Part shown: positions 14,336-29,556 of the stretch, piece after piece | Numbering within the stretch: position 1 is the first letter of the stretch | Layout: every line of letters starts with the position of its first letter | Origin: the human T2T-CHM13v2.0 reference genome, Homo sapiens | Direction: 5' to 3' (one strand) | Length of the DNA: 64,000 nt | Assembly: GCF_009914755.1 (NCBI RefSeq) | Contig: NC_060932.1 | Program-made: the position numbers and the translations under genes | The notes under the pieces: generated by a model | Databases searched by the model: none | What the model was told of the DNA's origin: nothing | Seen by the model: the letters and a program-made list of their open reading frames with translations, nothing else

Positions 14336-16051
14336 TAAAAATACTCGCCACAAAATAATAATAATAATTATTATTATTAAGATGTATTCACTAACCTTTC
14401 CTTTTCTTTTGGATCATTTGCTTTCTCCAAATTTCTGTAATTATAGTTTGCACCTTCAAGAGGTACCATTTAATTACATAATATCTTCTGTTATGTTTGC
14501 TAATTGTTTCATTAGCATGTTAATCTTGTCTCCAAATACAATTGTAAATTCCTGTGAAGCAAGGACCATTGTTCTCTACTACTTCCAGCAATTGCTGTAA
14601 TACATTCAATAAGTGCTTGGTTACTTGACTGATACAGAAAAAGGATATTTTGATTTGATGTAAGAAAGGCGTGCAAAAGCACATTGCTGGTGACTTTTAG
14701 AGTCTAGACCCTGCCTGATTGATCATAGAAAGAGTAATGCCATTAACAGATCTTATCAAACACAGAAGGAGAACTGATTCCTTTTGTTTGGGAGGAGGAT
14801 AAATGATAAATTTGACTTTAGACTCTCAGTTAAACTCAAGCACTTTTGAATGCTATTGCTATATTAAAATAGTTCTCTACTCCTGTGACTTAAAGGCCGT
14901 GAAATATAATTTTGGATGTAAATGTGGATTATTTTCATATTTTAACAGACACAAAATACGTTCAAATGAGGAGTTTCTTTTTCCTGATATAATTATTGGA
15001 TCTTCGTTTATATGTTAAAAAAAGTTTTCATTGCTTAAAAAGACGCTCCAACATTGCTTAAAAAGAAGCTCCTGCTACACCGAATATTATATTTTCTGAT
15101 CTCTTAAAAGGTTTCTCACTGGGAAAAATAGACTAAATAGCAAAAGCTTTTAGCAGTTAAAATATAAGAAGAAGAAAACTGGGCATGAGAATCAGCTGAA
15201 CGTTATTGTTCTTGTCTCATTCACTAATGGGTTTAATAGTTTAATTTTATTTTAAGGTTCTCCTGGGAACTTATTTTTAGTCAACTTTAGATTAAAAATG
15301 GTAGTTTAGAATAATTAGAAATCTACCTGTGGTGGGCCATAGGGTTTTATCATTTACATAACTAACTTTTCCTCAATCTTCCACCATCCTCATTGCTGTC
15401 AGATTAAAATAAATTTTGACTTCAGAGTGGCACAAAGAGTTTTTATTTTGTTTGAATTGTGAATAGTTTCCAAGTGAAAATTCAGTTTGTCAGACTTGAC
15501 AACCATTATTCTAGTTGAGTTTGCAGCTTCCAAAAAATTAGTCATTTGTTCCCTAATTATTCATTTATTTATTCAACAAGCATTTATTAATCTGCAATGA
15601 TATCATGTGCCATGTATTATGCATAAATGAATGAATATTACTTTATTTTTATGGGATGCAGACATACTGATGGATAGAAAACTATTTTCCAAATATCTCA
15701 TGGTGGCTGATGTTTTGCCAAAATGAAGGCAATGGCTCATATTTACTATGATTGAGGAGCATAAGAAGCACTCTTGTTCTTTAACATTTCTATCTCTATG
15801 CTTGTCTTTAACTCAGGATCTTTGCAATAGTTAATTGTTGATAAAATGCACTTTAACACATTTAAGTCATCATTTTTTACAAAAATTAAACTGTCAAAAA
15901 TTATTAATGGGAAATTAACCTTTAAAAAATGGTTCCAAAAAGCCAGAGATGCCTGGGTAATGTGCTGATCGCAGGGAGGTCACCTGTGCTACTTTGGCCG
16001 AAGGCCAGCCACCTAAGGAAATAATATAGATGGGGCAGTAAAATCCCATTA

Positions 16052-16401
16052 CAGTACATTTATCTGCCAGGGATAAGTTCCAAGACCCACAGTGGATGCT
16101 TAAAACTCCAGATAGAACAGAACCCTATGTATACTACGTTTTTTCCTATCTGATAACCAAGAGGGCTACTAAATGACTAATGGGCAGGTATTGTATACAG
16201 TGTGGTTACCTTGGACAAAGGGATGGTTTGCATCCTGGGTGCAACTGCAAAAGGCTTCTCCACACTATTTAGAACAGTGAGCAATTTAAAATTTATGAAT
16301 TGTTTATTTCTAGGATTTTCCATTTAATATTTTTGGACCACAGTTGACTGCAAGTAACTGAAACTACGAAAAGTGAAACATTGGAGAAGGGAAAATTACT
16401 G
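16052..16401. mobile_element. MER44-like TcMar-Tigger MITE
   Basis: TA-cagta...ttccaagacccacagtggatgcttaaaact...tttaaaatttatgaattgtttatttct...gtaactgaaac...tactg-TA; TA target duplication on both sides. Confidence 0.85.
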
Positions 16402-16985
16402 TAATTGAAAAATGATTGATCAGGGTCCCTTCTGTGGATTCATCAAGAATCAAATAGGGACAATTACAATTTGACCTTTATTTTTAAAATACAAGTGGAA
16501 ATAATAGAATTGTGTCTAGTGTCTCTGAGTCTCTTCCACTGGCTTCTCTCTCTCTCTGCCTCTTGTTGCTCTCTTGCTGTGATCCTTTTCCAAGCTTGAG
16601 CTTGACAAATCATTATGTCTGTACCAGACTTGTTTAAATTAGAATGGACTGTAAGAGGTTTCCAGTCATTGAGTTTTTGTTTTACTATTTAATCTAATTG
16701 TTTCTTTTCATTTCAACTTGTATGCTGAATTCCTAGCCCCAAATTTTTGCCCTTTATATTTTACATTTCAAAATCTCTTTATTGTGCGTAGAGCTAATTG
16801 TGTCTATGTCCTGGTTGGCTCATAAAAATTCATAGGGATTGTGTCTTTAAAATAGAGCATAGTCAGAGAAACATATTCCAATGAAAAAATAAGGGTGTGT
16901 TTTTTTAATTAATTTTGTTGAATGTACGAAAAATTATTATCCTTGTTGTATTTGATTGAAACTATTCACTAGAGTGAAGAAAGTA

Positions 16986-17591
16986 CAGTAAGTCTTCACT
17001 TTACATCATTGATAGGTTCTTGGAAACTGAGACTTTAAGTGAAACAATATATAACAAAACCAATTTTACCATAGGCTAATTGATGTAAATAAGAGTTAAG
17101 TTCCCATAGCATATTTCTAGTCATAAAAGCATCATAAAACCTCTAAATAAAGACCCAAAACATTTCTAATACTAAATATTGAAATAAGTGTGAGCTATAT
17201 ATACATTTAAGAAACACTAATAAAAACAAATAAGACAATTATTTACCCACTTACTCCAGTTCAGGGTTGCAGGTGGCCAGAGCCTATTCTGGCAGTTCAG
17301 GCACCAAGTAGGCACCAGCCTTGGACAGTATGCTGTCCCATCACAGGGTGCATGCACACTCACACCCACAGTCACTCAGCCTGGAACCATTCAGACAGGC
17401 CAGTAAACATAAGGTGCACATCTTTGGAGGGGTAAGAGAAAATCTGAGTATCTGGAGAAAACTCACATAGACGTGGAGAGAACATACAAACTCCACACAA
17501 ACAGTGGCCTCTGTGGGGAATCAATTTTTTCCCTTGTCTATGTTATAACAAAACGAAGTTGAATGAAACAACTCTATTCAAATACCTGCTA
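16986..17591. mobile_element. MER6A TcMar-Tigger element (about 606 bp) carrying a V-SINE-derived segment
   Basis: TA-cagtaagtcttcac...acctgcta-TA ends. Internal catctttggaggggtaagagaaaatctgagtatctggagaaaactcacatagacgtggagagaacatacaaactccacaca resembles the V-SINE domain. Confidence 0.8.
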
Positions 17592-17693
17592 TAATCTATA
17601 TTTCCAAACTCATGACAGAAATCTCCCTTTCACAGTCAGCTGCTATAATCTATATTTCCAAACCCATGTCAGAAATTTCCCTTTCACAGTCAG
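17586..17693 (+). repeat. 54-bp tandem duplication (2 copies, 3 mismatches)
   Basis: ctgctataatctatatttccaaac(t/c)catg(a/t)cagaaat(c/t)tccctttcacagtcag at 17586-17639 and 17640-17693. Confidence 0.95.
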
Positions 17694-18199
17694 ACTACAT
17701 AGAAAATTCTGTCCTTGATTTGTTACTTAAAGTTGCTTGCACAAGATTTCTTAACCTGGGTAAAATCAACCCCTGGAAACTTAATATAAAATTAAATATA
17801 AAATGTTATTGCATATTGCCTATTTTTATTTTGAGAGGAATAGGGAAGGGATGATTGATACATTTTATCAGGCTTTCAGTGTTCTGTGCCAAAACAGCAA
17901 AGAACCACTACTCATCTTCTCTCTTAACTTCTAAATCAAATAATTAATCAACTTTTAATAAATCATTTTATATTTATCTTTCTATAACAAAAACAGTTTA
18001 AATATCGGAAGAGGCTACCACAAAAGGCTAGTGAAGTTTCTTAGGAATTCCTGGGAAGAGGATCCAGGAGATTAGGGAGAGAGGACACCGTTAAATTTGA
18101 ACTCTGAAGTCAACCCAAGTCTAACTCAATTTGTGAAGTCAGTTGTGTATTGCCTATACAAACTGAGCTTGAGCTTGCTATTCCCTTTCAATGAGGAGT

Positions 18200-18790
18200 T
18201 CCTGGTGTTCTCCATGTGCAAGTTATTGTACCAGCTACTAGGGATATAGTGGTGGTAAACAAGGGATTTATAGTTTAGCAGAGAAAGTAGACAAGCAATA
18301 ACTTGATTAATTATGACAGGGAGATATAGTGCTTTGAGAGGAACAGGGTGTGCTAACCTTATCTTAATGGTTAGCCAGGACCTCTTAGAGAAGCCATACA
18401 GTTTTACTAAGAAGAGGTATGAATAAGGATGGAGATAGAGATGATGTTTTCAGCCAGAGAGAATAGCACATATGGAAGCCTGTAGACGAGAGAGAGTGTG
18501 GCATGTTAGAGAAGCTGAAGGGCATTCAGCATGCGCAGAGCACTGAATCAGGGTGGAGAGAGGCTAGAAAAGCCAAGAGGGGACCTAACTGTAAAAGGCT
18601 TGAGAATCAGTGGGGTAATCAAATTTCTATCCTGAGGTCAGTGCCAAGCCATTGAAGGGTCTTAAACCTGGGAGTGACTGGATTAGGTTTATGTTTTCAA
18701 AAGATAGATCTCCCCAAGGCAAAGAGAATTGGTGGGAGAGGACAAGTCTGGAGACAGCAAAACCAGGTAAGAGGTGCTTCAGCTGTGCTT
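18200..18790 (-). mobile_element. L2 LINE remnant
   Basis: ccatgtgcaag...ctagggatatagtgg...cagagagaatagcacatatggaagcc...ttctatcctgaggtcagtgccaagccattgaagggtcttaa...atgttttcaaaagat. Confidence 0.7.
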
Positions 18791-19064
18791 TAAAAAATGT
18801 TAGCTGGATTTTGAAAGATCTGAATCTCTAGTCTTTCTGATTTTGCCTAAATCTTTCTGATCTGGAAAGCTTTTGAATAAGAATACCCTGATGTTGCAAA
18901 ACAATAATAATAACAACAACAATAATAATGGTTAACATATATGGCTCAGTTTGCATAGGCAATACAGAATTGACTTCACGGATTGAGTTAGACGTGACTT
19001 GACTTCAGAATTCAAATTTAACAGTCAGGGAGACTCCCTAATCTCCATAATAACATTTATGGAT

Positions 19065-19275
19065 TACTAACAATAATAACGGTTAACGTTTACCATGTGC
19101 CAGACCTAAGCACTTTCCATTCATGAACTTACTTAATCTTTACAACAGATCTATGATTGACCACAATTTGCACATAAGGAACCTGAGCCACAGTGAGATT
19201 GGGTCACTTTCTCAACATTGCCCAGAGAGTACGCACTAAGGCAAGCCACTCTGGCTCTTAAGTGTTATTCTATGC
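19065..19275 (-). mobile_element. MIR SINE
   Basis: taccatgtgccagacctaagcacttt...ttaatctttacaaca...aaggaacctgagccacagtgagattgggtcactttc. Confidence 0.7.
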
Positions 19276-19784
19276 AGCTTCTTACTAAATTCAACTTTGT
19301 TCACTGCCTTTGGAATCTGTCAGAGTGGTAATCTTCATTCTGTTTCTGAAGGCCCTGGCCGAGCAAATTTTTTATTGCTTTACTATCCCTCAATATTAAG
19401 TGGAGCCAATAATATTTTCTGGCAAGAAAATTGTAAAAACGTATGAGCAAATTTTTAAAAGCAGTGTAGACTGCTAGCCAGGGGAGGTGATATGTCAATA
19501 TATGAGGTTTGTTTGACTGCGGTCTTAGAGTGCAGAACCACATAACGCACAGTCATTGCTCATTGCCGGCTCTTGGGTTCACAACGGGAAAATTGCAGTA
19601 CCAGCGAAGCCAGACCATTCATTTAGTTCTCTGCACATTGTCCTAACTCTTCTTTGGGGGATGTTGCTGCTATTTGTGGTGGGGGACACAGATATCTTCA
19701 ATCAATAGAAATCTAATATTTCAGGAGGAAGAACAAAATGGTAGTGGTAAATCTATTCAAAAAAAAAAAAAAAAAGTGACCAAA

Positions 19785-20190
<406 letters not shown>

Positions 20191-20715
20191 TTAGAAATGT
20201 GCACTTCAGTTGACAGGAATTAATTTTTCCCTCACTATGTCTTCAAGATGCAATAGTACCGTGTAAAATGGGTTTTCTTTGAAAACAGAGATTAACATAG
20301 TATCGAGATGCATGAGGGTCAAAAGCAACTTCACATTTTTAATAATAGGAGAATATTGGAGGCCACTTAGGCTTGTGGGTATCACCTAAGAAAGGAAGCT
20401 AAGAACTGTCATACCTGCTGGGGACTCTGCCTGCCTCTCTCCTCCTTAGGGTTTACTTCAGCAACAGTGAAAATGACCTGGGGATTTATTTTCAGGGACA
20501 ACAAGGAAAGGGGGAACTGAGCATTCTGGGTTTCAGTATTGAGAGAAAAGAATCCTCTTGATGAAAAATGGGGAGGCGACAGCTCTGAGAATTACAGAAA
20601 AGCAATCTGAATCCTTGCATGAAAATGGCATGAGGAGGCATCTCAGGCCTGAGAAATAAAATTTGGAGGCTTTAACAGTCAGGAGCCCATGCAGTTCTCT
20701 AAAAGGTGGACCCTG

Positions 20716-21021
20716 AATTATCCTTAGCAAACTAACACAGGAACAGAAAACCAAATACTGCATGTTCTCATTTATAAGTGGGAGCAACATGATGAGAACA
20801 CATGGACACATGGTGGGGAACAGCATACACTGGGCCTGTGGGAGGGTGAGGGTGAGAGGAGAAAGAGCATGAGGAATAAAAGCTAATGGATGCTGGGCTT
20901 AATGCCTGGGTGATGGGATAATTGGTGCAGTAAACCACCATGGCACACATTTACATATATAACAAACCTGTATATCCTGCACATGTACCCTTAAACTTAA
21001 AATAAAAGGTGGAAAATAATA
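20716..21021 (+). mobile_element. 5'-truncated L1PA (older subfamily) 3' end with TSD
   Basis: attatccttagcaaactaacacaggaacagaaaaccaaatactgcatgttctca...aacaaacctg...cacatgtaccc...aataaa. 15-bp TSD aaaaggtggaccctg (20701-20715) / aaaaggtggagcctg (21022-21036). Confidence 0.92.
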
Positions 21022-21754
21022 AAAAGGTGGAGCCTGGGGAGTATTACATCATAGACCATTGGAAGCCTCCTAAAAGGTCCATCCACCTTCAACCTCAAAG
21101 GTCAACTTTCATCTTTGGGCTTGAAGTTGTATACACTACAAATCTATATGCCTAACGAAGAGATGTGATGTTGCCTTTTTTTTGAAATTTTCCATTGTTT
21201 CTCATTCCTTAAAGATAGGTGGAGGGTAGGAGTGAGGGTTGGTTAAGCTGCATCTCACATGATAGAAGCTGTCTGCAGGGGAACATCATCAGCAGGCTTT
21301 CAAGGACCTGGCTGTGTGGGTGGGCTTATTGGTTGCTGTGAGCTGTTTGTTTCATGTGGGCTGCCTGCTAGAGCAGCTTGTCTGCAGAGATCCTTGCTCT
21401 TCAAATGAATGCTGGGCTGTCTGGCCTGCCATTGTGCACCATTAGAGTTTTGTGACCACACTCAGAGATGTTTCCAATGTAAGGCATTTTCTGTAACAAC
21501 ACAAACTGCCAAGAAAATGCTGTCATTTAGATGGCCAGAGATTTTTCCTTTGTTGTCTGTTTTAATGGATGTCAGAACATTATGCATGATTTTTATGGTG
21601 TGTGCCTTGAGTTTCACTAAAGTTGCTAAGGCCTTTATGGGTAGTGCTAATGGTACGTGATTATAAGTTCTAGAAAGGTTGCCTCAGAAAGTGGCAGGTA
21701 GGGATAGATGGAAACATGTAAGGTTTACCTCACTATTCTGTGTCCCTTTCACAT

Positions 21755-22110
21755 TGTATTAGGCCATTTTCATACTGCTATGAAGAAATACCTGAGACTG
21801 GGTAATTTATAAAGAAAAATGAACTCACAGTTCCACATGGCTGGGGAGGCCTCCCAGTCATGGCAGAAGGCAAAGGAGGAGCAAAGGCACATCCTACATG
21901 GCAGCAGGCAAGAAAGTGTGTGCAGGGGAACTTCTTTATAAAACCATCAGATCTTGTGAAGAAATTATTCACTATCATGAAAACAGGAAGGGGAAAAACC
22001 CACCCCCGTGATTCGATTACCTCCCACTGGCTCCCTCCCATAGCACATGGGGATTATGGGAGCTACAATTCAAGATGAGATTTGGGTGAGGACACAGCCA
22101 AACCATATCA
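21755..22110 (-). mobile_element. THE1 (C/D-like) solo LTR
   Basis: tgtattaggccattttcatactgctatgaagaaatacctgagactgggtaatttataaag...gacacagccaaaccatatca; TSD cacat/cacac. Confidence 0.92.
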
Positions 22111-22639
22111 CACACCATTTCTTTGGTTGAATAAGTGTATAATTGCTGGTCTCTTTCCCCCCATCATATATAAGAGAGTTACGAGTAAACATCTCCCCTA
22201 GCAAAAGAAAGAGAAGGATCTTTTTATGCTTTCTCCTTCTGTTCTTTTTCTTTAAGTTCTGAAGCAACTATGATATGCAGGGTCATGAATAGAAGATCTT
22301 TAATATTGCTTAGCGTGTAGCAGAGAATGAATTTGTTGACTTTTCCTTGGCTGTATTGTCTATTGTTAGAGACAACTGACTATTATATGCTCATCCGCCA
22401 GAACAGTGAGACAAAGTAGGTGGCAAGATCCCAAAGATAATTCAACACTGAACTCTGAGATTTGCTTCATTTCGCTTAAACAGATATTTATTGAGCACTG
22501 GCTGTGGGCTAGAAACTGTGCAAATGCAAAATCTAGTATCATTTTTGGACAGCAGTACTTCCTTTTAAGCTGGATCTTCCTCTTGTATTTTTAGATCACT
22601 GACAATGTACATCAAGGAAAAGAAAAAATCCTTGCTTCT

Positions 22640-22795
22640 GGCAGAGAACTTCTAGTCTAAATTCTTCATCTTGCATTTGAGGAAACTGAGTTCAGCAGAG
22701 CTAAGGGACTTCCCAAAATTATGACTGATGAATCCTAGCTTGGAACCCATGTCTCCTGAATCCATCCCTCCATCTTTCCTCTATTCTATACTGCC
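22640..22795 (-). mobile_element. MIR/MIR3 fragment
   Basis: tctagtctaa...tgaggaaactgagttcagcagagctaagggacttcccaaa...ggaacccatgtctcctga. Confidence 0.6.
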
Positions 22796-23662
22796 TTTTT
22801 CCTTACAGGTATAACAGATCATGAAACTCAGGTGGGTAGAAAAGGAAAATGGAACTTTTTTTTTCCTGTAACTCAATTTCCATTTTAAGTCTTAATCCTA
22901 CCAGATGTTAGAAATTTAATTTCAGTCAACTTGGGGTCACTTTCCTCCATGCCTTGGGGTTGTATACAAATCTGGGGTGTTACCTAGTGCAAAGTCATGA
23001 GAGAGGAGAGGCATCTCTTTCTCTCTGCTTAGTTCTCCATGATGCATCAGCAGGGGTGTCTTCATTCCCACTTGACCTTTGGTTAGTAGTTGAGGTAGGT
23101 CCCTGCACTTCCTCCTTTCTTCTTAACCTCCAGCCCTTTTCAAGTCTGCCAGCTCCCTCTATGATGTTACCACTGCTCTCAGATCCTAAGGGTCCCTATA
23201 GTGTTTTCAAACCAGTCTCTAGTGCAAGTAATTCTTCAAAATTATCTCAGTCCTTCTGGCCAGACATATCATGCAGATGTGTCTGCTGCTCCCCACCAGG
23301 CTGATGGAAGAGAGCATTCTTTCTATCTGCAGATGGGTCACAGATCCTCCCTATTGTCAGATCCACCCTACTGTCCTTATGTCTAAACTTCTGTAGGGCT
23401 CTCCCACCCGCAACATCATTTCCACCACTGTTTTCATCTTACAGGCTTGACCTACAGGGGAAAACAGCATAGATAACACCTGCTCCGGATTCACCTGAAT
23501 CTAAGCTCTCTTCACTTTCACTTTCTCCCTTGTTCTAGGGAATCTTTATCCAGTTGGGAGATGAAAAGGCTTGACTTAGTTATTACTGAGCTACGTTCTA
23601 AATCTTTTCTCTTACACCTGGGTCTAGACTTTTTTAATTGAAAAGTTAAAAATTTGGCCCAT

Positions 23663-24076
23663 TGTTTGAGTCAGAGTTCTCTAGAGAAACAGAAACAATA
23701 GGATGTGTATCTATAAGAAGAGAGATTTATTGTAAGAAATTGGTTTACACGATTATGAAGTCTGGCAAGTTTAAAATCTGCAGGGTGGGTCATCAGGGTG
23801 AAGACCAAGGAAGAACTGATGTTCCGGTTCACGTCCAAAAGCAACCTGCTGGAAAATTCCCTGTTGCTAATGGAAGGTCAGTCTTTTTTCCTAGTAATGC
23901 CTTCAACTGATTGGATGAGGCTTGCCCACATTGCAGAGGGCAATCTACTTTGTCCATATTCCTTTGATTTAAATATTTACCTCATCCGAAACACCTTCAC
24001 TGAAACAACCAGAATAATGTTTGACCACATGTGTGGGCACAGTGACCAAGCCAAGCTGACACATAAAATTATCACA
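23663..24076 (-). mobile_element. MLT2 (ERVL) solo LTR
   Basis: gagtcagagttctctagagaaacagaaacaataggatgtgtat...gatttattgtaagaaattgg...ccagaataatgtttgacca...gctgacacataaaatt. Confidence 0.88.
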
Positions 24077-25394
24077 TCCCTCTCCTGTCTGTTGCCTGCC
24101 TTGTCATTGCTTCTCTAAGATAACAGCAGCCTACTCAGTACAAGGAAATAATAGCAGATGCTGTGGGGTAAAAGCAGATGGAGAGAATTTGGTTTATATT
24201 TTTTAAAATACCTAGCATGCATACTTATATTATGTATTTATTTATTTTCACTTGTGCTAATTAGAACTACCCAGTATGCTACTTCATGTTTTCATTTTTG
24301 CAGAGGTTTTAATCTTTGGTTTTCAAAAAAAATAAAGCCTCTTAAAAGTAGGTATTGGTTCATCTCCCATTGATTGCAGTATTTTGTATAAATAGACAGT
24401 AAGTTCCATTAATTGAAAATATTTCATTTTAAACCTCAAGGTACAACACAGTATTAAGTGAAAGCTATGCAACTTTCAAGTAATATTTGTCACCAGAAAA
24501 AAATCAAAGTGTAAATGCTTTCATTGAACTTGATTTTCAAAAAAACAATGTTTTGAGACTTGTATTTTTTGCCTTTATGCAAAATCAAAGGTCAGTAGTC
24601 AGGTAAAAATTATAGAAAAAATTTTCCAAAGTGAGGAATGGTTTTTGCTTTAAACAGCAGGGTGGTTTTTCTTCTTTGAATATCATCTGTGTTCTTAATT
24701 TTAAAAGTAGATTTTCTCTGAGTGATTTTTGAAAGCCAACAGAGTAATACTTACATCTTCCTTTAAGTTGCTGGGAGACCACAGAGTTTTCTAGCCTGAA
24801 GTGCCACCTGGTACATCTTAAATTATCTGAAGCAGAGCTCAAGCTGGGCTAAGGAACAAAAAGTGGCATATCCTTAATTACCACAAATGATACCTAATTA
24901 CCTTCATGCCAGCTTTAATGTAATGCCGAACACAGCTGAGATGGTGTTTGATTTTAAAGTGAGTTACACAAGATTACCTTTCCAAACCAAACTGACTTTA
25001 CCAATTTTGCCAACTTGCATTTTAATATTGCATTTCAATAGGTACCCTTTTGGTCACTGGTATTTAATACTTTCCTAGGCTTCTTATAACAAAATAGCTT
25101 TTGGTTTAACATTGAAATTGCAGAAGTAATTATTTCACTGTGAATGTGCTTAAAGCAGCTCTTGATACTTCAAGTAGAAACAGAAAATAACATTTATTGC
25201 CATCAAAATGGAAATGCAGTAATTATGTCATAATAGATTGAATCTATGAACTTTGCTTGATCTCTGTTTAGATAAAACTGCAATAGTTGTACAAGCCTCA
25301 AAAAACTACCTTAGTAAGTGTTTTAGAGTTTTCTTATTGTAAGAGACTAGCTATGACTGGTCTGCAGTCTTTTGTAGCAAAAGATTTAAGATAG

Positions 25395-27937
<2,543 letters not shown>

Positions 27938-27991
27938 GACAGGAAATTTAGTGCATCCAGTAAGGAGACTGCATCAATCTAATCAAGTACA

Positions 27992-28285
27992 GGCCTGGGT
28001 ATAGTGGCTCATGCCTGTAATCCCAGTACTGTGGGAAGCCACAGAAGGGAGTCACTTGAAGCCATGAGTTCAAAACCAGACTGGGCAACATAGCAAGACC
28101 CTGTCTCTACAGAAAATTAAATAATTAGGTGAGTGCGGCAATGGGTGCCTGTAGTTCCAGCTGCTTGGGAGGCTGAGGTGGGAGGATCACTTGAGCCCAG
28201 GAGTTCAGGACAGCAATGAGCTATGATTGGGCCACTGAACTCTATCCTGGACAACAGAGCAAAACCCTATCTCAAAAAAGAAAAA
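27992..28285 (+). mobile_element. AluJ full length
   Basis: gggcaacatagcaagaccctgtctctac and gaggtgggaggatcacttgagcccaggagttc...gagctatgatt are J-type diagnostics. Confidence 0.9.
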
Positions 28286-28492
28286 TGCTTTTTTTTTTTT
28301 TTTTTTTCTGTTTTTGCCATGTCCTACTCATTTGTTCTACAGTTGAGTGCTTCCTATATGCCAAACTGTCCAGATAAGATTGACTTATAGGTTAATATAG
28401 CAGAATAATTTGAATTGTTATTTTTTAGATATAGTATTATTATAGCAGAAGACCTAAAAAACTAGTTTTTTTATGTTTAAAGTTTCCAGTAA

Positions 28493-28629
28493 TTTTTTTT
28501 TTTTTTTTTTTTTTTTTTGGAATGGAGTCTTGCTCTGTCTCCCAGGCAGGAGTGCAGTGGCGTGATCTCGGCTCACCGCAAGCTCTGCCTTCCAGGTTCA
28601 CGCCATTCTCCTGCCTCAGCCTCCCGAGT
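28493..28629 (-). mobile_element. AluY right-arm fragment
   Basis: Poly(T), then ggagtcttgctctgt...gcaagctctgcc...ggttcacgccattctcctgcctcagcctcccgagta; ends abruptly. Confidence 0.9.
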
Positions 28630-28855
28630 ACACTATTACATATTTTTAACAAGACTATTAACAAAACGGCCATAGTTGATCATTGTGTTTGGTTATAATT
28701 TCCATTTTTGTAATAAAATTATCTGCTTTTGCACTTGAACTCTTCAAAGCAGAAAGATAAGGGACTGTGGTCTAGCATTAATTTAATATGCCAGAATTGG
28801 TAAAAGGAAAGAATAATTCAATATACTCTGTCAAACAGAGTAGTCACCAATTAAC

Positions 28856-28935
28856 TTCAAATCATTTAAATTACTTCTAGCTGTCAGCAAGGAAATTTCA
28901 AATCACTTAAACTTCTTCCAGTTGTCAGCAAGGAA
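28856..28935 (+). repeat. 41-bp diverged tandem duplication
   Basis: ttcaaatcatttaaattacttctagctgtcagcaaggaa followed by ttcaaatcacttaaacttcttccagttgtcagcaaggaa. Confidence 0.85.
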
Positions 28936-29556
28936 CAGAGAGAGAGATAAAAGTAGAGATGTGGAAAATAGCTAGAGGGACAAAAGGAGCATAAATAAGG
29001 TGGAGATAGGAAAAGACAATTACTTGTTTAATTTTAAGGCCCATTTTCATAAATGAAATGATTTAACACGACTGATGAAGTTGCTGTGGAAGAAGAAAAA
29101 TTATCTTCTTTGATAGTAATACCCCTTGATCATAATCTCAGTAACTTAAAGATGGTCCTGTGCATAAAGGAGCACATTTTCCCACTAGGATATTGAGTAA
29201 GGAATCAGTAAAATTAATGAACAACAGAAAGAAGATTTAGGCTTGAAAAGATCTGGTGTAATGTCAGAGAGGCCTGGGGAACCAGCAGTCTGGAACAAAT
29301 AGCAAACCCTGGAGAGGGAGGGAAGATGAATCATGTAAAGTATTGTTTGTCATAAATACAGCGAGCTGATAAATGTGTAGCATGTGATACAAGAACACCA
29401 TGCAAATCAGAATGTATGCGCTATTGGACAGCTGAGAGGAAAGAGTACTGGATTAGTCACTAGGAAAACTAGGGGTTTGGTGCTTTGTCTATATATCTTC
29501 TTACTGGGGTTCAAGCCTCTTTGTTTCCATTGAAATTATTACATTTCATATGATAT

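Noticed and set aside
17612-17854. ORF with repeated peptide (MTEISLSQS/MSEISLSQS)
   Set aside because: Explained by the 54-bp DNA duplication.
18525-18546. REST/RE1-like ttcagcatgcgcagagcac (and half-sites near 17312 and 54999)
   Set aside because: Wrong spacing and core mismatches against TTCAGCACCnnGGACAG; two of the three lie inside TEs.
21004-21013. Third copy of aaaaggtgga inside the L1 tail
   Set aside because: Reachable by a couple of substitutions from the normal L1 terminal sequence; not evidence of a special mechanism.
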